From Myxococcota bacterium (GTDB taxonomy: Bacteria > Myxococcota_A > UBA9160 > UBA4427), in assembly GCA_965250285.1 (NCBI GenBank), contig OZ252299.1, positions 1,568,001-1,632,000 of the forward strand: DNA of 64,000 nt, in the 5' to 3' direction. Positions 9,038 through 19,042 of the stretch are shown piece after piece. Position 1 is the stretch's first letter, and every line of letters begins with the position of its first letter. The notes under the pieces are model-generated. The model saw nothing but the letters and a program-made list of their open reading frames with translations, did not search any database and had not been told where the DNA came from. Made by a program: the position numbers and the translations under genes.

Positions 9038-9926
9038 CTGCAACCCGCTCACGCCAGTCGTCGAGCACGTCGTCGAGCGTCGACTCGAAGGCGTGCGTGA
9101 CCTGCCACCCGGTTGCGCTTTCGAGGCGGCGTGCGTCGCCCACCAGCCAGTCGGTCGGCCGGTGGCGGTCGGGGTCGGTCTCGATCTCGGGCCGTACCCC
9201 GGCGCGCCGACACAGCGCATCGAGGACGTCGGCGATGCGCCAACCCCGGCCGCTCGCGACGTTGTACACGTCGGCCGGCACGGCGGGATCGAGCAGACGG
9301 AGATACGCGTCGACCACGTCGCGGACGTCGAGGAAGTCGCGGACCGATTCGAGGTTGCCGACGCGCATTTGCGCGGGCCGAACGCCGGCGGCGATCCCGG
9401 CCACCTGATGGGCGAAGTCGGGCACCACGAAGGTGTCGGTCTGCCCGCGACCGGTGTGGTTGAACGCGCGCACACAGACGACGTCGAGCCCGTCTCGGCG
9501 TGCGAGCTGAGCGAGCTGCTCCGCGGCGGCCTTGCTCCGCGCGTACGGGCTGCGCGGCCTCAGCGGCGTGCGCTCGTCGAAGGGCTCGGCGCCCGGTCCG
9601 CTCGGCGAGTACTGATCGGCCGAGCCGACGACCAGCAGCCGCGCGCGGGGTACGGTGTCGGCGAGCCCCTGCAGGACGGCTCGGGTGCCGAGGTAGTTCA
9701 CGCGCCACGCCGCGCCGGGATCGCGCAGCGAGCGCGCGACCGAGCTCTGGGCGGCGAGGTGGATGATGGCGTCGGGTCGCGCGGCGCCGAAGGCGTGGGC
9801 GACCGCGTCGCGCCGGGTCACGTCGACGTCCTGGTCGGCGGCGCTCACGTCGTGCCCGGCCGCCTCGAGCGCGGGGAGCAGCTGGCCCCCCACGAATCCG
9901 CCGGCCCCGGTCACGTACACGCGCAT
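9021..9926 (-). CDS. NAD-dependent sugar epimerase/dehydratase (GDP-4-keto-6-deoxymannose reductase/Gmd-like)
   Basis: 'VTGAGGFVG', 'HLAAQSSV', YxxxK 'YARSK', 'RAFNHTGRGQ', 'GNLESVRDFLDVRDVV'. Confidence 0.9.
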   Translation of the reverse strand: MRVYVTGAGGFVGGQLLPALEAAGHDVSAADQDVDVTRRDAVAHAFGAARPDAIIHLAAQSSVARSLRDPGAAWRVNYLGTRAVLQGLADTVPRARLLVVGSADQYSPSGPGAEPFDERTPLRPRSPYARSKAAAEQLAQLARRDGLDVVCVRAFNHTGRGQTDTFVVPDFAHQVAGIAAGVRPAQMRVGNLESVRDFLDVRDVVDAYLRLLDPAVPADVYNVASGRGWRIADVLDALCRRAGVRPEIETDPDRHRPTDWLVGDARRLESATGWQVTHAFESTLDDVLDDWRERVAGAASS

Positions 9927-10009
9927 GGCGGCGCAGCGTGCCCCAGAAGCCGAACCGCTGCAATTCGGTACGATCGAGCCGGGCGCCGTGCGCGGCGCGG
10001 GGGGCGAGC

Positions 10010-11017
10010 ATGATCATCGGCATCGCGGGACGCAATGGCGCCGGCAAGGGCGAGGTCGTGGGCTATCTCGCGGATCGCAGCTTCTACGGGCTGTCGCTCT
10101 CCGACGTGATTCGCGACGAGCTCGCCAAGGAGGGCGTCGAGCCGACGCGCGAGGCGATGCTCGACAAGGGCACCGACCTGCGTGCGCAGTTCGGGCCCGG
10201 CGCGCTGGCACTGCGGCTCATCGATCGGCTGATTCCCGACCGCAACTACGCGATCGACTCGATTCGGCACCCGGCCGAAGTCGAGGCACTGCGCGAGAGC
10301 GGACACGGGTTCCACCTCGTCTGGGTCGATGCGCCCCTCGAGGTCCGCTTCGAGCGCATGCGGGCGCGCGGGCGGGCGGGGGATCCCGAAGACATCGAGG
10401 CGATGCGCGGCGTCGAAGCCCGAGAGGCCGGCGGCGATGGCGGAGCCGGTCAACAGCTCGACGCCGTACGCGAGCTCGCCGATTTCGTCGTCGAGAACGA
10501 CGGCGGCTTCGAGCAGCTGCACGAGAAGATCAAGGCCGTCTTTCGCGAGACGCTCTACTTCGATCGGCCGAGCTGGGACGAGTACTTCATGAGCATCGCG
10601 CGGGTGGTGGCCTCGCGAAGCAACTGCGTGAAGCGCAAGGTCGCGGCCGTGGTGACCCTCGACAAGCGCATCATTTCGACCGGCTACAACGGCACGCCCC
10701 GCGGCACGCGCAACTGCAACGAGGGCGGCTGCCCGCGCTGCAATGAGCTGGCACCGGGCGGCACGAACCTCGCCGAGTGCCTCTGCAGCCATGGTGAAGA
10801 GAACGCGATCGTGCAGGCGGCCTTTCATGGCGTGAGTCTGCGCGGCGGCACGATCTACACGACGTTCTCGCCGTGCCTGCAGTGCACGAAGCTCATCATC
10901 AACGCGGGCCTCGCCGAAGTCGTCTACAACAGCCACTACCCCCTTGGGGACGTTGCGCTCTCGCTGCTGGCCGAAGCCGGGGTCGAGGTGCGCCAGTACT
11001 CGCTGCCCAGCGACTGA
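10010..11017 (+). CDS. P-loop NMP-kinase-like domain fused to dCMP deaminase
   Basis: N-terminal 'GIAGRNGAGKG' and 'IDSIRHPAEV'. C-terminal 'RPSWDEYFM', 'STGYNGTP', 'HGEENA', 'SPCLQC'. Confidence 0.9.
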   Translation: MIIGIAGRNGAGKGEVVGYLADRSFYGLSLSDVIRDELAKEGVEPTREAMLDKGTDLRAQFGPGALALRLIDRLIPDRNYAIDSIRHPAEVEALRESGHGFHLVWVDAPLEVRFERMRARGRAGDPEDIEAMRGVEAREAGGDGGAGQQLDAVRELADFVVENDGGFEQLHEKIKAVFRETLYFDRPSWDEYFMSIARVVASRSNCVKRKVAAVVTLDKRIISTGYNGTPRGTRNCNEGGCPRCNELAPGGTNLAECLCSHGEENAIVQAAFHGVSLRGGTIYTTFSPCLQCTKLIINAGLAEVVYNSHYPLGDVALSLLAEAGVEVRQYSLPSD

Positions 11018-11205
11018 TTTCGTCCTGCCACACGCCGATTCCGTCGGGTTTTCGTCCTGCATCGGTCGCTTCGCCGCCGAGATGCACGCTCGCGCTCAAT
11101 CCTCGTCGGCTCACGCCCGATGAGCATGCGAGTCGAGCAGGCAGCCGCGCGGCCGAGAATCGCCGCGCGAGGAGGGGCCCCGTGCGACCCAGCCCGAATC
11201 AGCTC

Positions 11206-12864
11206 ATGGAGTACCGCGAGTTTCCGGTGCTCTACGTCGACGACGAGCCTGACAACCTGCGCATCTTCGAGCTGACGTTTCGGCGCGACTTCACCGTGCT
11301 CACGGCCGAGAGCGCCGAAGAGGGCCTCCGGATCCTCAATGAGAACCCGGTGGCCGTCGTGCTCTCGGATCAGAAGATGCCGGGGGTCACGGGCGTCGAG
11401 TTCCTCTCACGCGTGCGCGAGATCGACGCGAGCACGATCCGCATGCTCGTCACGGCGTACGGCGACGCCGAGACCCTGGGCGAGGCGATCAACGACGGCT
11501 CGATCTACCGCTATGTCCCCAAGCCGTGGGACCCGGCCGACATGCGCCTCACGCTGCTGCGGGCGATCGAGATGTACGCGCTCGAGCGCGAGCGCGGCGC
11601 GCTCCTCGATGAGCTGACCCAGCTGAACCGGCTCTCGCGCAGTCTGCATCGCGAGATCGACTTCGACCGTCTGGTCGAGGTGCTCATGCGGTCGATGACG
11701 CGCGAGCTCGGCTTCGACGGCGCAGCGCTGCTGCTGCTCGACGGGTCGAATGCAAAGCTCGAGTGGGCCGGGCTCTCGCCCGAGGACGGCGAGGTCTCGA
11801 AGCGCCTGCGCGCGATCTCGATCGATGTCGAGGCGGCCCCGGCGTTCTTCGAGGATCTCGTGGCGGGCCACGCCGTCTCGCTGCGCGTCGACGATCTGGC
11901 CGACCTCGAGCCACCGGTGCGCGGCTGGGTGGTCGAGGTGTCGGCTGAAGAGATCCTGGTCGCGCCTCTGATCGGCAAGACGGGCGTCGTCGGAGCCATC
12001 GCCGTCGACAATCGTGCCGGCGGCCGGCGCTTCGGCGCCGACGATCGCACGCTGCTCGATGGGCTCGGCATGCAGGCGGTGATCGCCATCGAGAACGCAC
12101 GGCTGGTGCAGGATCTGCGCGCGTCTCGCGCCCAGGTGCTGCGCGCGGATCGGCTGGGCACGCTCGGTACCCTGGCGGCGGGCCTCGCGCACGAGATCAA
12201 CAATCCGCTCGTCTCGATCCACACGTTCCTCTCGCTGGCGCCCGAGAAGCGTGGCGAGGACGACGCTTCGTTCTGGTCGGAGTACCACGATCTGGCGTGC
12301 TCCGAGCTCGAGCGCATTCGTGGCCTGGTCGCGACGATGTCGCGCCTGGCGCGCGGCGGGGCAGAGCCCGGCAGCGCCGCCCGCAGCACGCTCGCGGTCG
12401 ACGAGGTCGCGAAGGAGGTCGTCGGCCTGGTGAGCCGAGAGGTCACCGCCGGTGGCGTACACCTCGCGCTCGAGGTCGCCGGCGATGCGCCGCCGGTCGT
12501 CGGCGTTCGCGAGCACATTCACCAGGTGCTCCTCAATCTCGTCCTGAACGCGGTGCACGCTACGCCGGGCGAAGGGACGGTGACCGTCGCGGTGGGCGCC
12601 GACCCCGAGGCGCCCGATCAGCGCGCACAGATCACGGTCTCGGATACCGGGCGTGGCATCGAGCCCGAGCACCTCGAGCGCATCTTCGATCCGTTCTTCA
12701 CGACGAAGGATCCAGATCAGGGCACGGGCCTCGGGCTGATGATCTCGCACCAGATCGTGGCCGATCACGGGGGCACCATCGAAGTGCAGAGCCGCCCGGG
12801 CGAGGGCTCGACCTTCACGGTCAAGCTGCCGATCACCGGCCGCCTTCCCGAAGACACCGAGTAG
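11206..12864 (+). CDS. Hybrid sensor histidine kinase (REC-GAF-HisKA-HATPase)
   Basis: REC 'VDDE..SDQKMP..KPW'; H-box 'LAHEINNPL'; N box 'NLVLNA'; G boxes 'DTGRGI', 'FDPFFTTK', 'GTGLGL'. Confidence 0.92.
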   Translation: MEYREFPVLYVDDEPDNLRIFELTFRRDFTVLTAESAEEGLRILNENPVAVVLSDQKMPGVTGVEFLSRVREIDASTIRMLVTAYGDAETLGEAINDGSIYRYVPKPWDPADMRLTLLRAIEMYALERERGALLDELTQLNRLSRSLHREIDFDRLVEVLMRSMTRELGFDGAALLLLDGSNAKLEWAGLSPEDGEVSKRLRAISIDVEAAPAFFEDLVAGHAVSLRVDDLADLEPPVRGWVVEVSAEEILVAPLIGKTGVVGAIAVDNRAGGRRFGADDRTLLDGLGMQAVIAIENARLVQDLRASRAQVLRADRLGTLGTLAAGLAHEINNPLVSIHTFLSLAPEKRGEDDASFWSEYHDLACSELERIRGLVATMSRLARGGAEPGSAARSTLAVDEVAKEVVGLVSREVTAGGVHLALEVAGDAPPVVGVREHIHQVLLNLVLNAVHATPGEGTVTVAVGADPEAPDQRAQITVSDTGRGIEPEHLERIFDPFFTTKDPDQGTGLGLMISHQIVADHGGTIEVQSRPGEGSTFTVKLPITGRLPEDTE

Positions 12865-13102
12865 CTGCCCCAGAACCCCACAGAGCCGTCTCGGGCGCTC
12901 AGGCGCGTTCCCATACATTTTCGGTGCACGGATCCGTGACGGGGCGAACCGCCGTTGCGTGCGCGCCGTCTCTCGCGGGTACGGTCGTCTTCGGGCTTCG
13001 CCCGAGTTGACGGTCTGAGGCGGATCCAAGACACTCCGCCGACTTTCGTGGGGAGGAGCCGAGCTGTCTGCCGAGCAGCCTGACAACGAGACGCGCTGGG
13101 GG

Positions 13103-13753
13103 GTGTTGGGGGCCCGCGTGACCTTCGTGCTCCTGCTGATCGGGGTCGTCGTCGCGGCCCTGCTCGGCGCGAGCGGCGCCCGCGCGCAGTCGCCCGAAGA
13201 GGGCGATGTCGCGTCGGCGCCCGGCAAGCCCACCCTGGCGTTGCTCCCGATGGTCGTTCACAGCAACGAGGACCCCGAGTACCTGCGGCAGGGGCTCTCC
13301 GACATGCTGCGCGCGCGGTTCACCAAGGAATCGGTGGTCGAGGTGATTCCGGTCGAGGACAGCGACCGCGCGACGACCGATCTGGAGAAGGCGCTCGAGG
13401 TCGCCCGCAGCGTCGGAGCCGAGTACGTGGTGTTCGGCTCGTTCACGCGCTTCGGCCAGGGGGCGAGTCTCGACGTGCAGACGGCGGCGACCGCCGCGGG
13501 CCCCGATGGTGAGACGCTGCGAGAGATCTTCGTGCACTCGGGCAGCATCGGTGCCGTGATTCCCGACCTCGACGACCTCGTCGGCAAGGTGACTCGATTC
13601 GCCGTGGGCGACTACGTGATCACGGTCGAGGATGGCGAAGCCGCGCCCGGCGACGCGGCGCGGCCGCGCGCGGTGAGCTCGGCCGATCTGGTGCGCCGGC
13701 TCGAGACCCTCGAGGCCGAAGTGCAGGCGCTGAAGGCGGGCGGCGATCGCTGA
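13103..13753 (+). CDS. Exported hypothetical protein (TolB-N/CsgG-like fold by resemblance)
   Basis: Signal peptide; 'LALLPM..YLRQGLSDML..GAEYVVFGSFTRFG'. Confidence 0.55.
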   Translation: MLGARVTFVLLLIGVVVAALLGASGARAQSPEEGDVASAPGKPTLALLPMVVHSNEDPEYLRQGLSDMLRARFTKESVVEVIPVEDSDRATTDLEKALEVARSVGAEYVVFGSFTRFGQGASLDVQTAATAAGPDGETLREIFVHSGSIGAVIPDLDDLVGKVTRFAVGDYVITVEDGEAAPGDAARPRAVSSADLVRRLETLEAEVQALKAGGDR

Positions 13754-13873
13754 CCTCGGCGGCGCGCCGCACATCCTGCGACACCCTTTCAGCCACCGAT
13801 CGGTGCGCTAACCTGCGCGCCTTCGCGGGAGCCGTGGGCTCCCTCGTGAGCCTGCGGGCTTGCTGCGAGCCGG

Positions 13874-13950
13874 GGCGGTGTAGCTCAGTTGGTTAGAGCG
13901 GCGGCTTCATAAGCCGTAGGTCGGCAGTTCAAGTCTGCCCACCGCTACCA
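13874..13950 (+). tRNA. tRNA-Met (CAT), probably elongator
   Basis: Acceptor stem GGCGGTG/CACCGCT-A-CCA, D arm TAGCTCAGTTGGTTAGAGC, anticodon arm GCGGC-TTCATAA-GCCGT, T arm GGCAG-TTCAAGT-CTGCC. It has no initiator 3GC pairs; Ile2 is not formally excluded. Confidence 0.95.
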
Positions 13951-14116
13951 GGCTCGGCAGCGCGCCGGACGCGGCCGCGATCCCCGCCTCTGCTTCCTTC
14001 GCGCCTTTGCGCGACCCACATTCGACCAGCCCCTGGCCGCGCTCCGGTGCGGTCGGCATGCGGATCGGCGCCTGGTACGCTGGCTTGGGCCGGCGCCACC
14101 CTCGATCGGGGCGAGT

Positions 14117-16156
14117 ATGACCCGCACTGTCCGCACGATGTGTCCGATGAACTGCCACCCCACGCTGTGCGGGATGCAGGTCGAGGTCGACGGCGATCGG
14201 CTGGTCGCGCTGCACGGCGATCGCGAGAACCCCGACAGCCAGGGCTTCTTGTGCGTTCGTGGGCGCGCCGCCGAAGAGATCCCGTCGAACCCCGATCGCG
14301 TGCTCCATCCGATGGTTCGCTCCCGGCGTGGGGGCGACGACTGGCAGCGCATCTCGTGGAGCGATGCCCTCGACCGCATCGTCGAGGGCGTCGACGCCGT
14401 CGGCCGACCGCGGGTGGGGGTGTGGGTCGGACACGGCGGGGTCGCGAACGACTACGGCGTCTTCGCGCACGCGCAGCTGATGACGCGGCTTGCGTTCATG
14501 GCGGGCTTCCAGACGTGGGATCCCTCGATGATCTGCTGGGGGCTCGGCGGGCTCGGTGTCGGGCTCACGGGCGCGAGCGAGGTGCATACGAAGGAGGACA
14601 TGAGCGCCCACTCTGATCTCGTGATCTTGTGGGGCTCGAACTCGGTCAGTCAGCCCAATACGGCGCGCCACGTGGCGCAGGCGAAGAAGCGCGGCGCGCG
14701 CATCATCGCCATCGACGTGCGGGAGACCGAGGCCTGTCGATCGGCGCACGAGATGCACCTGGTGCGGCCCGGCAGCGATGCCGCGCTCGCGCTCGGCCTG
14801 ATGCACGTGCTGATTCGCGATGACCTGTGCGACGACACGTTCATCGAGCAGTACACGGTGGGCTTCGACGCGCTGCGCGCGCACGTCGAGGCGTACCCGC
14901 CCGAGTGGACCGCCGCGCAGACCGGCGTGTCCGCGGCGCACGTCGAGGCGCTGGCGGTCGAGTATGCGCAGACCGAGCGCGCGACGATCCTCATGAGCGG
15001 GAGCTCGATGTACAAGCAGCGCGCCGGCTTCGAGTCGAGCCGGGCGATCAGCTGTCTACCGGCCCTGACGGGCAAGCTCGGCCGGCCAGGTGCCGGGCTG
15101 GGCGCCCGGCATGCGGGGCAACCCCATGGCAGCGGGCTCGCCGGCATCGTCGATCCGACGACGCGACCACCGGGTGACTACATCGGCAATCAGATGTCCG
15201 AGATCATCGATGCCATCGAGGGGGGGCGCCTCGGGGCGATGCTGCTCTTCGGCACCAACTTCGTCTCGTCCTTCGCCGACGCGGCCCGGGTCGACGCCGG
15301 CCTCGCGAAGATGCCGCTGGTCGTGTGCCAGGATCTCTTCATGAATGAGACGATCCGAAAGCACGCCGACCTCGTGCTGCCGGCGACCTCGTGGCTCGAA
15401 GACGTCGGCTGCAAGATGACCGCGACGCACCTCTACCTGATGGATCGCGCGCTTCCGCCGGCCGGCGAGGCACGCTCGGTCGCCGAGGTTGCCCGGATGC
15501 TGGCTGAGCGGCTCGGGCTCGATGGCTTCTACCCATGGGAGACGCGCGACGGCCACATCGACGCGGTGCTCGATCATCCTTCGACCCGACACGCGACGAT
15601 CGCCGCGCTGCGCGCCGAGGGCGGCCTGCGCGCCCTCGACATCGGACACGTGGCGCACCCGGATCTTGTGTTTCCCACCGCATCGGGGAAGGTCGAGTTC
15701 GTCTCGCAGACGGCCGAGCAGCACGGGCTCCCGGCGCTGCCGACGTACACCGAGCGACACGCGCCGTCGTCGGCGTATCCCCTCGAGCTTCGGATGGGTC
15801 GTTCGATCAACCATTTTCACAGCTTCTACGATCACGCGCGCGCACTGCCGTCGATGGCGAAGCACGAGGCCGGGCCCGAGTTGTGGATCTCGACACAGGA
15901 TGCAGCCGAGCGAGACGTCGCCGACGGCGATCCCGTGCGCATCTACAACCCGCGCGGGGACGTGGGCGCCACGGCGCTCGTCACGGACCGGATCCCGGCC
16001 GGCACGTTGTGGATGCACGACGGCTGGCCCGGGCTCAATGCGCTGACGCTCGGCGACGCCGCCGTGCCCGACAGCGCAACGACGATCTTTCCGTTCTCGG
16101 TGGGCCAGGCCGCCTACGACGCGTTCGTCGAGGTGACGGCGGCGCCCGAAGGCTGA
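14117..16156 (+). CDS. Molybdopterin (bis-MGD) oxidoreductase, single-subunit, cytoplasmic
   Basis: [4Fe-4S] motif 'CPMNCHPTLC..LCVRG', 'ILWGSN', 'VRPGSDAALA', 'ADLVLPATSWLE', C-terminal MGD-binding domain. No Tat signal. Confidence 0.9.
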   Translation: MTRTVRTMCPMNCHPTLCGMQVEVDGDRLVALHGDRENPDSQGFLCVRGRAAEEIPSNPDRVLHPMVRSRRGGDDWQRISWSDALDRIVEGVDAVGRPRVGVWVGHGGVANDYGVFAHAQLMTRLAFMAGFQTWDPSMICWGLGGLGVGLTGASEVHTKEDMSAHSDLVILWGSNSVSQPNTARHVAQAKKRGARIIAIDVRETEACRSAHEMHLVRPGSDAALALGLMHVLIRDDLCDDTFIEQYTVGFDALRAHVEAYPPEWTAAQTGVSAAHVEALAVEYAQTERATILMSGSSMYKQRAGFESSRAISCLPALTGKLGRPGAGLGARHAGQPHGSGLAGIVDPTTRPPGDYIGNQMSEIIDAIEGGRLGAMLLFGTNFVSSFADAARVDAGLAKMPLVVCQDLFMNETIRKHADLVLPATSWLEDVGCKMTATHLYLMDRALPPAGEARSVAEVARMLAERLGLDGFYPWETRDGHIDAVLDHPSTRHATIAALRAEGGLRALDIGHVAHPDLVFPTASGKVEFVSQTAEQHGLPALPTYTERHAPSSAYPLELRMGRSINHFHSFYDHARALPSMAKHEAGPELWISTQDAAERDVADGDPVRIYNPRGDVGATALVTDRIPAGTLWMHDGWPGLNALTLGDAAVPDSATTIFPFSVGQAAYDAFVEVTAAPEG

Positions 16157-16163
16157 CGCGCGC

Positions 16164-16757
16164 TCAGCGCCAGCCGAACTCGAAGCCGATGGCGTGGATC
16201 TGGGTGCGGCCGCCCTCGAAGGCGTCGCTCATCATGAAGAAGCGGTACGTCACGCCGGCGGTGAAGTGTTCGCCGAAGGGGATCTCGACGCCGGCACCGA
16301 CGTTGCCGGCCACGTTCCAGTTCTGTTCGGTGGGTCCATCTCGGTTGGACTCGAGTCGCCCGGCACCGACGCCGCCGATGAGGAAGGGGTTGGGGATCTG
16401 ATTGCCGTCGCCGGGCTTCCGGAAGTAGCCCACGCGCAGCGCCGATCCGAGGAACAACGCATCGACGTCCCAGCCGCAACTCTCGACCGGGCAGTCGTCG
16501 AGATCCTGCTCCGACCAGAAACCGGACACGTCCGCGATGTCCACCTGGACCCACTCGCTGAGCCGGAGCCCGACGTTGCCGGAGACGAACGCGCCCGTGC
16601 CCCTGCCAGGGCCGAAACGCGACGGTGCAGCGCCGGCCACGGCGCCGACCGAGAGTCGCGGATAGTCGCCGCCGTCGGCTTCCGCGCGAGCGGGCGCTCC
16701 GCTCACGAGGCCGAGCAGGCAGGCGAAGAGCAGGGCGCGCGACACGATCGACTTCAT
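16164..16757 (-). CDS. Small outer-membrane beta-barrel protein
   Basis: Signal peptide MKSIVSRALLFACLLGLVSGAPARA; 'PFLIGGVGAG', 'NVGAGVEI', 'GVTYRF'. Confidence 0.7.
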   Translation of the reverse strand: MKSIVSRALLFACLLGLVSGAPARAEADGGDYPRLSVGAVAGAAPSRFGPGRGTGAFVSGNVGLRLSEWVQVDIADVSGFWSEQDLDDCPVESCGWDVDALFLGSALRVGYFRKPGDGNQIPNPFLIGGVGAGRLESNRDGPTEQNWNVAGNVGAGVEIPFGEHFTAGVTYRFFMMSDAFEGGRTQIHAIGFEFGWR

Positions 16758-17061
16758 CGAGACTCCTCGATCGCCGTGCACGATCCAGGTCGAGCGCTCT
16801 CCCCCAGCGGCAGCGCCGAGCGGCACTCTATCACGCCGCCTATGGGCCGGCGTCGGCGTGGATGTGCAGCATCGCGTCGGTGATGTGCCTGATCGGCGGC
16901 GGTTCACGATCCGGGATCGCATCCGCACGACGTCGAGAGCGGGGGCCGAACCCTTTGCTACCAACGAACGGTGGCGTACGGCCTGAGCCGCGCCGCCGTC
17001 CAACGCCACGGGCCCGCGTCGACGCGCAGCATGCGTTTCGGGCGCGGGCAGGGGGCGCCGG

Positions 17062-18423
17062 CTAGAGCGCGCCCACCAGGAGCAGCCCGCCCCCGAACAC
17101 CGCTCCGCTCACCAGGAAGATCACGAAGCAGTACCCCATGATCGCGCGGGCGTTCAGGCCGGCGATGGCCAGCATCGGCAGGGTCCAGAACGGCTGGATC
17201 ATGTTGCTCCACTGGTCGCCATACGCGACGCCCATGACCACTTCGGGGATCGGGGTGCCGAGCTTCTGCGCCGCGGCGATGAAGATGGGGCCCTGCACCG
17301 CCCACTGTCCTCCGCCCGAGGGCACGAAAAAGTTGAGAACGCCCCCGGCCACGAAGGCCCAGAAGCCGAGCGTGGCGCTGGTCGCGATCGACACGAAGCC
17401 GTCGCTGAAGCGCTCGACGAGCGGGGTGTTCGTCATCAAGCCCATGATGCCCGCATAGAAGGGGTACTGAAGAAGGACCGGGCCGAGTGCCCGGCTGGCG
17501 TGGGCGATGAGGGAGACGTAGTGCACCGGGGATCGTGCGAGCAGCAGACCGGCGCCGAGGAAGGACCAGTTGACCACGTTGAGCGTCAGTCGAAGCCCCT
17601 CGGTCGCGAACCACTGGGCGAGGTACGCGAGAAACAGCAGACCGGCGAGGGTCGAGAGCCAACGCGCGTGGTCGAGTCGCGCACCCGTCCGGCTCGCGGC
17701 GTGGTCGGCAACGCGCTCGTCGGCGGGCCCGTCGACCTCGACGAGGTCACGATCGAGCTCGACGATGTCGCGATCGAGCGACGGCGCCATGCGGCTGCAC
17801 ACGAACGCGACGAGGCCCAGCGTCACCGCAGCGAGCGCCAGGTTCCACGGCGCGAAGATCGTCGCGGTCACGGGCACCAGCCCCACGCTCGCCTCGAGGG
17901 CGTGGCCGGGGGTCGCGACGAAGAGCGCCGACGAGCTCGAATAGCCCATGTGCCACACCACGAACCCGGCGTACGCGCTCGCTACGAGCATCGGGTAGTG
18001 AAGCCGCAGGCCTTTCGCGCGTCCGGCCCGCGCCACGGCGAGCGCCGCGAGCGCACCGACGACGAGGCCGAGCGACCAGGCGACGAGGCTCGCGGTCCCG
18101 GCCACGAGCGTGACGAGCGCGTAGGCTGCGGGCGGCGTGCGCGGCCAGGCTCCGACGCGGTCGATGCCGCTCCGAACGAGATCGGTGTGGGCGAGGGCGT
18201 GGGCCCCGACGAGCGTCAGCGCCACCTGCGTGATGAAGGGCAGGAGCCCGGCCAGACCCTGTCCCCAGATCGCCACCGCTTCGCCGAGCGTCGTCGGTGT
18301 CCACCCGACCGCCAGGACGAGCGTGACGCCGGTGAGCAGCAGCGCGAAGACGAACGCGTCGGGGTAGAAGCGTTCGACGAAGCCGACGAAGGGCCTCGCG
18401 AGGCGATCGAGCGAACCGGGCAC
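17062..18423 (-). CDS. atoE: Short-chain fatty acid transporter (AtoE family)
   Basis: 'PDAFVFA', 'LQYPFYAGIMG', 'NFFVPSGGGQWAVQGP', 'AYGDQWSNMIQPFW'. Confidence 0.9.
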   Translation of the reverse strand: MPGSLDRLARPFVGFVERFYPDAFVFALLLTGVTLVLAVGWTPTTLGEAVAIWGQGLAGLLPFITQVALTLVGAHALAHTDLVRSGIDRVGAWPRTPPAAYALVTLVAGTASLVAWSLGLVVGALAALAVARAGRAKGLRLHYPMLVASAYAGFVVWHMGYSSSSALFVATPGHALEASVGLVPVTATIFAPWNLALAAVTLGLVAFVCSRMAPSLDRDIVELDRDLVEVDGPADERVADHAASRTGARLDHARWLSTLAGLLFLAYLAQWFATEGLRLTLNVVNWSFLGAGLLLARSPVHYVSLIAHASRALGPVLLQYPFYAGIMGLMTNTPLVERFSDGFVSIATSATLGFWAFVAGGVLNFFVPSGGGQWAVQGPIFIAAAQKLGTPIPEVVMGVAYGDQWSNMIQPFWTLPMLAIAGLNARAIMGYCFVIFLVSGAVFGGGLLLVGAL

Positions 18424-18477
18424 GCGCTGATTCTAACCGCCCGCGGCGCAACGCGGCCGCGAAGTGCCCGGGGCGCA

Positions 18478-18954
18478 TCAGGCGTCGGGTGCGAGTCTCG
18501 CTTCGCTCCGCACCCGTTCGATCAGCGCCTCCTCGGTCGTCTCGTGCGCTGTGCGCAGGGCGGCCAGCGTTTGCAGGCGGTGCGTCGCCTCGGCGGGATC
18601 CCCGGCGAGCAGCTCGGCTCGGATCGCCTCGAGCGCCGAACGCATCTCGTGGTGCTGAGTCGTGAGCGCAGTCAGGTCGGGATCGACGGCGGGCAGCAGA
18701 CCGTGCAGGGCGGGGAAGTAGAGCGTCTCCTCGACGTGCATGTGCGCCTCGAACGCGTCGGCGAAGTGATCGAAGGCGCTGCGTCGCCGTTCGTCGACAT
18801 CGGATGCGAAGGTCTGCTCGAGGTCGGCGATCAGCAGGCTGAGCTGCTCGTGCTGCGAGTGGACGCGCCGGGCCTCGCTCGCCATGCGAAGCTTGAGCCC
18901 GCGGTCGCTCGCGTTCGCGTGCCCCGGTGCGGGTGTGTCTGCGTCGTTCGACAT
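18478..18954 (-). CDS. Hemerythrin-like (HHE) domain protein
   Basis: 'QHEQL', 'AHMHVEETLYFPAL', 'QHHEM', 'AHETTEE'. Confidence 0.8.
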   Translation of the reverse strand: MSNDADTPAPGHANASDRGLKLRMASEARRVHSQHEQLSLLIADLEQTFASDVDERRRSAFDHFADAFEAHMHVEETLYFPALHGLLPAVDPDLTALTTQHHEMRSALEAIRAELLAGDPAEATHRLQTLAALRTAHETTEEALIERVRSEARLAPDA

Positions 18955-19042
18955 GGCCGCCTCGGCGCGCCGTCGGACGCGCGGCGCGGATGCCGCCGGT
19001 CCGTGCGCTCCACCGAAGGGTACGCCGCCTCGGGCAGCGTCG

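Noticed and set aside
8836..9408. Plus-strand ORF with SQLEAAR heptads (apparent coiled coil)
   Set aside because: The heptads are just the 21-bp array read on the other strand, and the rest is antisense to the sugar reductase gene.
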